Of a stretch of 20,000 bases of DNA, positions 1 to 10,071 are shown in pieces. Under the pieces are notes generated by a model. That model was not told where the DNA came from, did no database searches, and was given only the letters and a program-made list of their open reading frames with translations. The position numbers and the translations under genes are program-made. Source of the stretch: Chiloscyllium plagiosum (lineage: Eukaryota); assembly GCF_004010195.1 (NCBI RefSeq), contig NC_057753.1, positions 3,973,508 through 3,993,507 of the forward strand, read 5' to 3'. How positions within the stretch are numbered: position 1 is the first letter of the stretch; each line of letters begins with the position of its first letter.

Positions 1-180
1 ACTGTGGTGCATCAAGCCGTTATCGTGACCTCGAAGGCAGACGAGTTTCTTCAGAAGGGCTCTCTGTCTCCCACTGTGTTCTCCATCCTCACCTCCAAAA
101 TTTCTTTGTCACTGAAAATGAGACGATCAGTATGCTTCACACAAGCAGTTGGGCGAAGCTGCGTCCAGAGGGAGGTAGGG

Positions 181-206
181 TGTGTGTGTGTGTGTGTGTG
201 TGTGTG
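181..206. repeat. (TG)n microsatellite
   Basis: Perfect TG dinucleotide run seen directly. Confidence 0.95.
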
Positions 207-619
207 GAAGTTCAGTGCTTTGAATTCTGTGCACAGGGGAAGAGAGATTTTATTTTGTTGTTTTTTTTTTCTTGAATACGGTTCGTGGGTCATTTCTCAG
301 CATTGCGATTTGTAAGGGTGGTACTGCTCAGATTCAACCGAGCAGAGAGGAAGGATTCCTAGATTACCAGCTGCACTTTTAGGGAGCTGATAACTGGGAA
401 AATGAAGAAAAGCAGGCCAGCACAGGAAAGGGGCGAATTGATTCGTTTCTGGTATTTCTTATGGAAGAAGATATTAAATGAGCAACACAGTAATAAGTGA
501 AAAAGTCAAGGCTAATCTAATAAAGGAATATAAGCAAGCAAAGTACAGGAATGAAATTGTAGATAGCATAACTTAACAGTGTTCATACATAAGCAGAACG
601 ATTATAGTTACTGGAAGAA

Positions 620-1015
620 ATCAGACCTCGCACACATGATATGCTTCTCCTGTGCTAGGCGGCAAATCAGTTGTCCCTGTTGACCCCATGTGCAGAAGTG
701 GTGGCTAGTTGCTGATTTCAGAGCTGCAGCTGCAGAGAACTTCCTGTGGATAGCACGCCCACTGTGGTGGTCACATCATAGGTGAAAATTGAACAGGCCA
801 GGGCACGGATGATCGCCAGGCGGTAAGGAAGGAAGGGAGGGAGGGAGTGCGTTGTGACCTCCTAAGGAGATACTGTTTTGCACACTGTTCAGGAAGATCA
901 CTACAGGGAAGAGCGGGCGTAGCCAGTTTCATGGTGCCATGCATGGGTCTGCTGTCTAAGAGGAGGGGAAACAGTGGTAGCATTATAGGGATTCATAGGG
1001 TCATACAGGACAGAA
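620..1015 (+). mobile_element. Degenerate CR1-type LINE ORF1 remnant
   Basis: Frameshifted pieces read MICFSCA..VP..CRK (Cys-rich ORF1 N-terminus), RYCFAH/YTVL-like and IGIH/IGDS-like esterase-start segments in CR1 ORF1 order; heavily decayed. Confidence 0.55.
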
Positions 1016-1020
1016 ACTAA

Positions 1021-1304
1021 GGGCGGGCATGGTGGCTCAGTAGTTAACACTGGTGCCTCACAACACCAGGGACCCAGGTTCGATTCCAGCCTCAGGGGGG
1101 GGACTGTCTGTGTGGAGTTTGTACATTTCCCCCCGTGTCTACGTGGGTTTCCTCCGGGTGCTCCGATTTGTTTTAAATTGCCCACGGTGTTGGTGCATTA
1201 GTCAGAGGGAAATGGGTCTGGGTGGGTTACTGTTCGGGGGGGTCAGTGGGGACGTGTTGGGCCGAAGGGCCTGTTTCCACTCTGTAGGGGAATCTAATCT
1301 AATC
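1021..1304 (+). mobile_element. HE1-like tRNA-derived SINE
   Basis: A box TGGCTCAGTAG, B box GGTTCGATTCC (1077-1087), core GTGGGTTTCCTCCGGGTGCTCCG, LINE-derived tail GGGCCGAAGGGCCTGTTTCC and (AATCT)n end. Confidence 0.85.
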
Positions 1305-2105
1305 AAACCCTTCAGTCCGACTCATCCATGTCAAGCAGGTTTCCCAAACTAAACTCGTCCCATTTTCCCCGCACTTAGCCCATATCCCCCTCAGCTTTTC
1401 CTATTCACATACCTGTCCACATGTCTTTTAAATGTTGTAACAGCACCCGCATCTACCACTTTCTCCCTGGCAATTCATTCCATACACGTAGCACCCTCTG
1501 TGTGAAAATGTTACCTCTCTGCTCCCTTTTAAATCTTTCCCTTCTCACCTTAAACCAATACCCTCTGGTTTTCAACTCTCCTACCCTAGGGATTACTATC
1601 TTTACTATTCATCTTACCTATGCCTCTCATGACGTTATAAATGTCTGTAAGGTCACCCCTCAGCCTCTTACACTCCAGGGGAAAATGCCCCAGTCTATCC
1701 GGCCTCTCCTTATAACTCACGCCCTCCTGGTGACATCCTTGTAAATCTTTTCTGCACCCTTTCCAATTTAGTAGCATCCTCCCTGTAGCAGGGTGACTGG
1801 AACTGGAAGCAGTACTCCAAAAGTGGCCTGTCAGATGTCCCGTACAGCTGCAGCGTGACATCCCAACTCCTCTGCTCAGTGCTCTGACCAATAAAGGCAA
1901 ACGTGCCAAAAGTCTAGTTCGTCCTCCTGTCCACCTGTGAGATCAGTTCAAGGAACTATATGTACCTGAACTCAGAGATTTTGCTGTTCAACAACACTCC
2001 CCAGGGTGCTAGCATATAACTGTGTAAGTCCTGGCCTGGTTTGCCTTGCCAAAATGCAAAACCTCACATTTATCTACATTAAATGGCATCTGCCACTGTT
2101 TGGCC
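1305..2105 (-). mobile_element. CR1/HER1-type LINE ORF2 3' fragment
   Basis: Minus-strand translation SYKERPDRLGHFPLECKRLRGDLTDIYNVMRG matches the CR1 ORF2 C-terminus; homologous to 2789-3175 and 4452-4803. Confidence 0.85.
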
Positions 2106-2109
2106 CACA

Positions 2110-2322
2110 GTGGGGTGGATGGTATAGTGGCATTACCGCTGCACTGTTTATCCAGAGACCTAGGTAATGTGCTGGGGGCCTGCGTTTGAATCCTGTCACA
2201 GCCTGGTAGAATCTGAATTTTTTAAAAAGATCTGCAATCCAGAGTCGAAGAACCCATTGTCCATTATTGGGAAAACCAGTCTGATCCAGTCATGCCCTTT
2301 TGGGATGGAAACAGCCACCCTG
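2110..2322 (+). mobile_element. tRNA-head SINE of a second family (truncated)
   Basis: GGTATAGTGG A-box-like and GTTTGAATCC B-box-like motifs; body (ATTGTCCATTATTGGGAAAACC...ATGCCCTTTTGGGA) aligns with 11617-11941. Confidence 0.7.
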
Positions 2323-2324
2323 TC

Positions 2325-2788
2325 TAAATACTCTTCCCAGTTATTAGCAGGTCATCCAAAGACATGGTGACCTGGGGCATCAATTGTAGCATGTTTCGTG
2401 AAGGACAGCTTGCAAGTCCTCTGTGTGAGGGACTTATCCAGTTGCAAGAATTGATTTCCCATTTGTTTAAAGTTCCCACAAAGGCAAACTGACCCATTGG
2501 GCTTCACAAATGGTACCATCGGTGCTGCCCATTTCTCAAACTCTCCTAATTTGATGATTCCTTCGCTTTCCAGCCGCCTGATTTCTGCCTCTTCTTTTGC
2601 CCCAAAGGCCAATAGCACTGGGAGGGCCTTGCTAAATGGTGGAATTACTTCCTGGTCAATGTGCATGGTGGCCTTGGCTCCTCTGATAGTCCCTAAACCT
2701 TCCTGAAAAACTTCGGCGGTATTTAATTCGGACTTGCCTCAGGCAGCCATTTTCTCACTGAAAAATGTTGAGCCAATCAAAGTGAATC
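2325..2788 (-). mobile_element. Gypsy LTR retrotransposon protease-RT remnant
   Basis: Minus-strand frames give HFDWLNIFQ, EVFQEGLGTIRGAKATMHIDQ, EAEIRRLESEGII..WAAPMVPFVKPNGSVCLCGNFKQ and, after deletions, SLDDLLITGK (decayed YxDD). Confidence 0.85.
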
Positions 2789-3175
2789 GGAGGCTGAGGG
2801 GTGACCTTATAGAGGTTTACAAAATTATGAGGGGTATGGGTAGGGTAAATAGGCGAGGTCTTTTCCCTGGGATGGGGGAGTCCAGTACTAGAGGGTATAG
2901 GTTTAGGGTGAGAGGGGAAAGATATAAAAGAGACCTAAGGGGCAACATTTTCACACAGAGGGTGGTACGGGTATTGAATGAGCTGCCAGAGGAAGTGGTG
3001 GAGGCTGGTACAATTGCAACATTTAAGAGCCATTTGGATGGGTATATGAATAGGAAGGGTTTGGAGGGATATGGGCCGGGTGCTGGCAGGTGGGACTAGA
3101 TTGAGTTGGGATATCTGGTCACATGGACGGGTTGGACCGAAGGGTATGTTTCCGTGCTGTACATCTCTATGACTC
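2789..3175 (+). mobile_element. 5'-truncated CR1/HER1 LINE 3' end inserted in the Gypsy element
   Basis: RRLRGDLIEVYKIMRG...WD* followed by a 3'UTR and CTCTATGACTC tail; flanked by TGAATC at 2783-2788 and 3176-3181 (TSD). Confidence 0.9.
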
Positions 3176-3886
3176 TGAATCTTTCTCTGCTTGGGCCTGT
3201 CAGAGCGGTGACAGGGAATGAAGACTCTGGGAGCAGGCAGGACCTGGGCAAGTGGAAGTTTATTCCTACAGAAACCAGTTAAAGCAGAGAGAGGGCCAAA
3301 GGATCTTTTCTGAATCTGGCCTTGACGTACCAATGCAGTTCATCGTTTAATCTTTGGCTCAGATCAGAGGATAGATCAATGGCGCACTCAAACTCGTACA
3401 GTAAAAAGCAGTATTTTTATACATTTCTGTATTACAATGATCACATACAAGATGGTCGCAGCCATTCCCTCCCGATCCACTAAAACACCTCGTCAATGAT
3501 GAGCATCCCCGTGGTCCGCCTCAGGTTCCCATTACCTCACGGTGTTTACCATGTACTATAAATCCCCTCGTCCTTGGGATCTTTCTATGCATCCTATTCA
3601 CTCACATTCCAAAGTCACTGGTTGTACTCCCTCAGATCTGTTTCAGGCTGGCTTACCAATTAAAGACAGTTTGAATTCTTTTATTCACTGCATTCCTTTC
3701 AATTACTCCCTTCACGTTTCCCATTGTTCTAATCATATATGTAAAAATATGCAAGACAGTTAATTGTAACCAATTGCTATTTCTATTCTGAGGTTAGTGA
3801 AGGTTAGGTATACCGATTTCTACTGTTAGTCCTCCGCAGTTATTGGCCGTGAACAATCTAGTTTGTCCAAGGTGAATGAGAGAGTA

Positions 3887-4202
3887 CAGGTACACAATCC
3901 TTGATCTGAAATCCATGTCTTTCTCGCGAAGTTTCTTTCTCCGTAACAATGTTGATTGGCGTGCAAACTGTTAACCCAACTCTACACCCACGCGACCTGC
4001 GTCACTCAGCTGTGACATGGCTTGGCGTGGCCCAGCTCTGGCAGACCTCAATTCTGTCTCAGGGCCTGTAGTACTCACAGGTGCATCTGCTGTTCAGTAA
4101 GATTTATTTCATTTCACCGTTGAACTGTCACTTATTCCGAAATCCAAAAAATTGCGAAAACCAACTAGCCCTGAGGGTTTCGGATAAAAGATTATGTATC
4201 TG
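3887..4202. mobile_element. Tigger/pogo-like MITE (non-autonomous DNA transposon)
   Basis: TA at 3885-3886 and 4203-4204; 25-bp TIRs CAGGTACACAATCCTTGATCTGAAA vs revcomp CAGATACATAATCTTTTATCCGAAA (20/25 identical). Confidence 0.85.
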
Positions 4203-4451
4203 TACTTCCTAAAGTTAACTAACTTTCACACACAAGCAGAAAGGTTTTGGTTATATGCATCTATATTTATGTTGGAGAATCTCCAACTGGAAACTCTTGC
4301 TTAATATTGCAGAGTAATTGGGAAGCAATGGTTTATTATGAAACAGCTAACTGTTGTTCTGGTAGTTATTTAGGGATTTAGAATTTTATATCTTGCACCT
4401 GGTATTTATTCCTTTAGTGGCACAATCACCCTTTCATTAATGAACTGATTT

Positions 4452-4803
4452 TATAGAGACATACAAGATGATCAGAGGATTAGAGAGGGTAGACAGTGAC
4501 AGTCTTTTTCCTAGGATGATGACGTCAGCGTGTACGAGGGGGCATAACTACAAATTGAGGGGTGGTAGATTTAAGACAGATATCAGAGAGTGGTACTTTA
4601 CTCTGAGAGTGGTAAGGGTGTGGAATGCCCTTCCTGCTAATGTAGTCACCTCAGCCACAAAAGGGAGATTTAAACAATCCTTAGATAAGCACATGGATGA
4701 TGATGGGATAGTGGAGGGGACGAGCTGAGAATAGTTCACAGGTCGGTGCAACATCGAGGGCCGGAGGGCCTGTTCTGCGCTGTATTGTTCTATGTTCTAT
4801 GTC
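4452..4803 (+). mobile_element. CR1-type LINE 3' end
   Basis: IETYKMIRGLERVD...RVVRVWNALP...FKQSLDKHM, then GAGGGCCTGTTCTGCGCTGTAT and a (TGTTCTA)n tail. Confidence 0.9.
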
Positions 4804-4878
4804 TCAGGTGTGTTTTTATTGTAACTGCACAGGATGGTTGCTGCTCAGGGTCCCCTTTACTGGCTTTGGAGTAGTTTT

Positions 4879-5190
4879 CATAGAATCCCTACAGTGTGGA
4901 AACAGGCCCTTCGGCCCAACAAGTCCACACTGACCCGCTGAAGAGTATCCCACCCAAACCCATACCCCATTACTCCGCATTTTCCCCTGACTAATGCACC
5001 TAACCTACACATCCCTGTACACTACGGGCAATTTAGGACGGCCAATCCACCCTAACCTGCACATCCTTGGATTGTGGGAGGAAACCCACGGGAGAATGTG
5101 CAAACTCCTCATGGACAGTCACCCGAGGCTGGAATCGAACCAGAGTCCCTGGCGCTGTGAGGCAGCAGCGCTAATCACTGAGCCACCGTA
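4879..5190 (-). mobile_element. HE1-like SINE
   Basis: Reverse complement of the 1021-1304 family: CTGAGCCACC head, GGAATCGAACC B box, GGAAACAGGCCCTTCGGCCC tail. Confidence 0.9.
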
Positions 5191-5194
5191 TCAT

Positions 5195-6140
5195 GTTGGT
5201 TCTGTAATCAGTGACTGAGCTGGGTCAGTATCAACCTCCATTCGAACCAGGTGACCATTTAACCAGATTTTTGTTGTGATTGCTCCTGACTTGCATGTTG
5301 CTCAATAGTTTCACTGTTCCAAGCCAGATGTAGGTGGGCCATCCAGCATGTGCACTTTCCTGGGTACTGGCTGCCTATGAGTTCTCTTATGCAATTCAGG
5401 CCAAGTGGTACTCTTTTGCTGTCTCAAGTCTATATACCAGCAACATTTACAACGGCCTGCAGACCTGGATCCCGAAGAAAAGGTTAACCATTTGGTCAAG
5501 GCTTGGCTTTGTTTTGGAGGTTTTGCTGTGGGCTGACCTGGGGTTGCTCTGTTCAGGATATATCCAGATGCTGCACAATCACCTTCACTCAAGTGGTTAG
5601 CACCCAAGCTCCGCACCCCCCCCGAGGGTGGGGTGTCCACTTTCATCAGCAAACACAGTGCCTCATACGGCCCCTGCGTTTTTGAATGACAAAGCCAGCT
5701 GTAGTGCCTGCTTGAAGTCCACTTGGGCCTGTAGGTGGATTGTAATGGTTGCATCGTTAATTCCACATACCAAACAGTGCCTCAGCAGTTTGTGAGGGGT
5801 TAAACCAAGGTCACATGCCTTTTAACCTCGTCAGAAATCCCGACATGGATTCCTGTCATTCTCTAGTAAAACCACTGAGTGAAACTGAAGGCCTCTCAGA
5901 ATTAGGGGAGTGGGGTCTGAATATTCCTGAACTAAATCTGTCAACTCTTAAAAGATTTTAGTATCTAGTGCCTCAGGAAATGGTAGGCTCCTAACAACCA
6001 CGAGCTGTCAGGAATTACTCGTTGCTTGTCATCTGCCCCAAATGTCATTTGTCCAGAAAAGAAAATCGCATTTGTTCCATATATTGGGCCCAGACTTTGA
6101 CAGCAGTGTCGAACAAATCAAGTTTCCCAAATAATGGCAT
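5195..6140 (-). mobile_element. Gypsy gag-protease remnant
   Basis: ATG at 6140: MPLFGKLDLFDTAVKVWAQYMEQM...FPEALDTK..ELTDLVQEY; later LVCGINDA..DFKQALQLALS; then KIWLNGHLVRMEVDTD (decayed aspartic protease DTG motif) near 5225-5275. Confidence 0.85.
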
Positions 6141-6211
6141 GTTACCAGAAACACTGGTCCCAATCTAAAGACAACTGTTGTGAGCGAATGTCTGCAGGAG
6201 CAAACCCCAGT

Positions 6212-6300
6212 CTCGTTGCCACTGAGAAACCTCCACAGAGACCAGTATCCCGTCACCAAGTCACCCTTTCTTTACACGTGCATAGTACTTGACACCAGAG
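6212..6300 (-). mobile_element. Gypsy 5' LTR 3' end plus primer-binding site
   Basis: Minus strand reads ...GGTTTCTCA-G-TGGCAACGAG: an LTR ending in CA at 6223, then a TGG-initiated PBS (6221-6212), about 70 bp upstream of the gag ATG. Confidence 0.7.
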
Positions 6301-6322
6301 CCTTAGGGACTTGGCTGTGTAC

Positions 6323-6903
6323 TGTTGAGAATGCGTATAGGGTATGAGCAGGCAGGGAAAGAGTTAAATTGAGTTTTGTGAAACAAGAGGTTCAGCTGAG
6401 CATGACTCAGATCAGATAAGAATGTACAGTAAACAATGGGGTGCTGGAGGCAAGGGTAATGGGTTAACAAGGTGGAAAAGCATTTATTATGTCGAGCCAT
6501 TTAACAAGATGAGGTACCATTCAGTATGTGAGGTCAGTTTAACATGGTGAAAAGTATTCATTATGTGAAGCCAGTTATTCATTGTGTAACAGCAGATGGC
6601 TTAATCTTTACAATCAGTGAGTGTCAATAGTAATGGTCACCCGATTAATATCTATGTTGCCTGATCTGAATGCTCCTCCCTGAAAAATGACTATATAGTT
6701 CATTGAGAAACTGCTCTTCCAGAGAAGACAGAGAACTCATGTCCCTGTGCACATGGGCGATCGTTCTCTCTCCCTCCAGGGCCTGGAATAAAGAAAAAGG
6801 AGGTAAAACCAAACTGTGTTTCTGAGCGTTTTGCTTTGACTTGGTGAGGGGGGGGAACGGGACAACACGGCCACTCGCCGAAGAGAGCGTCGCATTCTTA
6901 ACA
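6323..6903 (+). mobile_element. Putative solo LTR
   Basis: TG...CA ends with 12/13 inverted termini (TGTTGAGAATGCG / CGCATTCTTAACA), an internal ~38-bp duplication (~6464 and ~6539), TATATA at 6692 and AATAAA at 6787. No TSD visible. Confidence 0.65.
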
Positions 6904-7149
6904 AGGTCACTAATGAAGGTGGAGGAGAAGTAAGCTAAAAATGGGAAAGGAAAGATTGGACATCATGTGCGGTATTGAGGAGTTCACTCATTTCCTTCAG
7001 ACCAGTTGGGTTTCTCCAGCATTTTCTGTTTAATATGATTACTGTATGGCACTCTTTGATGCATGAAACAGTGACAAATCTTTGCAGAGGTAATTTCTTG
7101 AAGCAGTGTGGTGACTGTCCTGCATAAATACTCATACTGCTTATCCCAC

Positions 7150-7320
7150 TTATATCTCCACCCTGGAGGCTCCCTGCCTCCATTCCTGATGAAGGGCTTT
7201 TGCCCGAAACGTCGATTTTTTTCCTGCTCCTCGGATGCTGCCTGACCTGCTGTGTTTTTCCAGCACCACTCTCTAATGTAAACTCTGGTTTCCAGCATCT
7301 GCAGTCCTCATTTTTGCCTA
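7150..7320 (+). mobile_element. Penelope-like short repeat with hammerhead motif
   Basis: ATTCCTGATGAAGGGCTTTTGCCCGAAACGTCGATT...GATGCTGCCTGACCTGCTGTG...CCAGCATCTGCAGTC; the same unit recurs many times in the window. Confidence 0.8.
7182..7217 (+). ncRNA. Minimal type I hammerhead ribozyme motif
   Basis: CUGAUGA (7186-7192), stem II GGGC-UUUU-GCCC, GAAA (7206-7209), C-GUC cleavage triplet (7211-7213). Confidence 0.7.
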
Positions 7321-7459
7321 CTTATTCTGCTGTCTACCCATGGGATGGAGTGCACGTTGCTCAACTTTCAAAGCCAGCACACAAGCCACGTGAGCCACTC
7401 ACTTGCTGAAAAGTAAAGGAAATTTTGTTGCACTTCTCTCAAACTTCTTACAGATACCC

Positions 7460-7703
7460 TGGGCGGTACAGTGGCTGCCTCACTGTGCCAGGGACCTGGC
7501 TTCGATTCTAGTCTTGAGTGACTGTGTGTAGTTCATATGTTCTCCCAGTGTATGCGTGGGTTTCCTCCCACTGTCCAAAGACACGCAGGCTAGGGTGGAT
7601 TAGCCATGGGAAATGCAGGAGTGCTGGGACAAAGTGACATTCTCTTCAGGGAGTCAGTGCAGAGTTGATGGAGCAAATGGCCTGTTCCCATGCTGTAGGG
7701 ATT
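7460..7703 (+). mobile_element. HE1-like SINE (diverged)
   Basis: GGGCGGTACAGTGGCT head, GCTTCGATTC B-box-like, GCGTGGGTTTCCTCCCAC core, AATGGCCTGTTCCCATGCTGTAGGGATT tail. Confidence 0.8.
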
Positions 7704-7760
7704 TGCAGCAGTGCTGCTGACAGGCCACCTCCATTTCTGGCCCGCATACAGGAATACAGT

Positions 7761-7856
7761 ATTCCTGATGAAGGGCTTTTTCCCGAAACGTCAATTTTAC
7801 TGCTCCTCGGATGCTGCCTGAACTGCTGTGTCTTTCCAGCACCACTACTCCAGATC
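7761..7856 (+). mobile_element. 96-bp hammerhead-containing Penelope-like insertion with 12-bp TSD
   Basis: CTGATGA at 7765-7771, GAAACGTC at 7785-7792; flanked by CAGGAATACAGT at 7749-7760 and 7857-7868. Confidence 0.8.
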
Positions 7857-8494
7857 CAGGAATACAGTTAACACCGCAGCGATCGGTTCTGTCAGCTGAT
7901 TAAATCAAGACACCGACAGTTGGCGAAGCCGGGTAATGCGGATGCTTTGTCAAGGCTACTTTACCTGTCCAGGAACTGGGAGTTGTCCTTATCAGGCTTT
8001 TAATCTGGGGAATGAGTTTTTATCCTTCTCTCTTGTGAATAGGAATTGAGGAAGTTAGAAAGCCTCAAAGGGAACCGTTCCATGTTTTACTTCTCTTTCA
8101 AGACTTACTGTGGGCTCAAGGGTTAAACATTTCACGACCAAAGAGACTCGCTGCAGTATCAATTCCACGTCTGTCCTCTTACAGAATAGACAGAACATCT
8201 CAGGAGGGGGGAGAGGCTGACTGTATCCCAAAAAAGGAGTCCAGTGGAGCCACACATGTGGATTCCTCTGCAGCCTCAGACAGTGGTATCCTGTCCTTCC
8301 CAGACAGGACTGATAGCCTTGGCCACAACCCTGTTAAAAACTGCCTCCTGCTCCTATTATCTTGCTTCCCCTCCGTATTAGCATAGCTATGTAAATCCCC
8401 CATTGAGAACAGGCAGAACCCTTCTGCCTTACTCTCTTCCCATCAACACATGATCATGAAGAATGTGATAATTAGTCTCTCTAATCCATTCACA

Positions 8495-8775
8495 TGTTAT
8501 CACAGGATATCAACATGCACTGGGTTTTGTAAGGTCATGTAATGTAATGACAGTCAACCATGTGACTGATAGACCTTTTGTTTTAGCCCTATAAAGAATA
8601 CCGTCTTTGTGTGTAGATTTGTGAAGAGGTGTCACCACAAGTAGACGGATGACTCCTTCTGGTTAGATTGAGAATCTCTCACCAGCTGTCTGCTAATAAA
8701 CCATGTACTTTTAAGCAGAAACTTCTGTCGTCCGGATTTGTGGAGGAAAGACACCAACAGAATAAGTGCAACGAG
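8495..8775 (+). mobile_element. Putative Gypsy 5' LTR and degenerate PBS
   Basis: Starts TGTT (8495), TATAAA at 8590, AATAAA at 8695, ends AACA (~8759), then GTGCAACGAG (8766-8775), resembling the PBS at 6212-6221. Confidence 0.55.
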
Positions 8776-8777
8776 AG

Positions 8778-9400
8778 CATCCTGGCATAATCCGAAATAT
8801 CCAGGAGCTGCTTTTTGTGCTGAAGGTGGACTGCCAGATTGAGGAGAAAACTGGATTGTGCGAATACCGCACGTGACATCCGGAAGGTGCCAATGATGGC
8901 TTCACCCATGGGACTGGCTTCAGTCACCCTGGCTCTGGATTCAACTTGATTTTGCGGGACCAGTAGAGGATGTTCCTGGGTGATTGTGGATGCCCACACC
9001 AAGGTGGCCGTCATGAAGTCAGCAACAAAAACCACGATGGTACTGACAGGATGAAATATTTGCCAGGTTTGGGAACCCCGAACAGGTCGTAAGTGACAGT
9101 AGTCAATCGTTTGTGGAGCAAGCGTTTGAGGAGAAGCTGGAAAATCACGGAGCCAGATGCATGAGATCAGCTCCATATCACACTCTGTGTCAAGTGGCCA
9201 AGAGGAGAGATTTGTACAAACTATGAAGCAGACCTTTGAAGACCTCTCAAGGGACGGGTTCACTGGGATGATGACTCAAATAGTTCCTCACCTTGTATAG
9301 GAACACACCACACACGATGACCCAGTGCTTGCTTGTGACCTTAGTTCTCAGCTCACAGTTGAACATTATGTTTGACTTACTGCAGCCAGAAGAGACCAGA
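8778..9400 (+). mobile_element. Gypsy integrase remnant
   Basis: Frameshifted motifs HPGI, LHPWDWLQSPWLWIQLDFAGP, VIVDAHTK, IFARFGNPEQVVSD, RSAPYH..SGQEERFVQTMKQ, YRNTPH. Confidence 0.85.
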
Positions 9401-9429
9401 GTTGGGACAGCAAAATCAAGAAGGATAGA

Positions 9430-9703
9430 TCATCAGAATCATAGAATCCCTATGTTGTGGAAACAGGCCCTTTGGCCCAACAGGTTCACACCGACCCTCT
9501 GAGACCCATTCCCTGAACAGTATGTGCAGTTTAGCATGGCCAATTCACCTAGCCCTCGCAGCTTTGGATTGTGGGAGGAAACCGGAGCACCCGGAGAAAC
9601 AATGCAGATGGGTGAAAATGTGCAAGCACCACACAGTCAGCCGAGGCTGGAATCGAACCCAGGTCCTTAGCACTGTGAGGCAGCAATGCTAACCACTGAG
9701 CCA
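9430..9703 (-). mobile_element. HE1-like SINE
   Basis: GGAAACAGGCCCTTTGGCCC tail, GGAAACCGGAGCACCCGGAG core, GGAATCGAACCC B box, GCTAACCACTGAGCCA head (reverse orientation). Confidence 0.9.
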
Positions 9704-9830
9704 GGAGAAAGTGACAACTGCAGATGCCAGAGACCAGAGGTGAGAGTGTGGTGCTGGATAAGCACGGCCAGTCAGGCAACATCCGCAGAGCAGGAGAATT
9801 GACGTTTCAAGCATAAGCTCTTCATCAGGC
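9704..9830 (-). mobile_element. Penelope-like short repeat with hammerhead motif
   Basis: Minus strand CTGATGA-A-GAGC-TTAT-GCTT-GAAACGTC (9828-9801), followed by the family body. Confidence 0.75.
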
Positions 9831-9927
9831 GTGTGTGTATTCGCATACTCGCAGACACCTCCTTCTACTGCCCCCTTGATCACAACCTCGCCTCCACTCA
9901 CCAAACTACAGATAGATATAAGTAAAC

Positions 9928-10071
9928 GAGTATGGTGTTGGAAAAGCACAGTCGGTCAAGCAGCATCCGAGGAGCTGGAGAGTCGACGTTTTGGGCATAA
10001 ACTGCTTCTCGGATGCTGCCTGAGCGGCTGTGTTCTTCCAGCGCCATACTCTTCGACTCTGATCTCCAGCA
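9928..10071. mobile_element. Inverted pair of Penelope-like repeats
   Basis: GAGTATGGTGTTGGAAAAGCACAG...GCAGCATCCGAG is mirrored by CTCGGATGCTGCC...TTCCAGCGCCATACTC. Confidence 0.75.

Noticed and set aside
1..111. Minus-strand exon after acceptor CATTTTCAG
   Set aside because: All three frames stop within ~55 nt of the acceptor; it cannot be linked to the upstream candidates.
1021..1095. tRNA gene (also ~11620-11695)
   Set aside because: The A/B boxes continue into SINE body and tail; no full cloverleaf.
3334..3860. Possible minus-strand LTR inserted in the Gypsy element
   Set aside because: It has a CA end followed by TTGG, but no convincing matching terminus, poly(A) signal or TSD; left unassigned.
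8679..9263. 194-aa minus-strand ORF
   Set aside because: Antisense shadow of the decayed plus-strand integrase.
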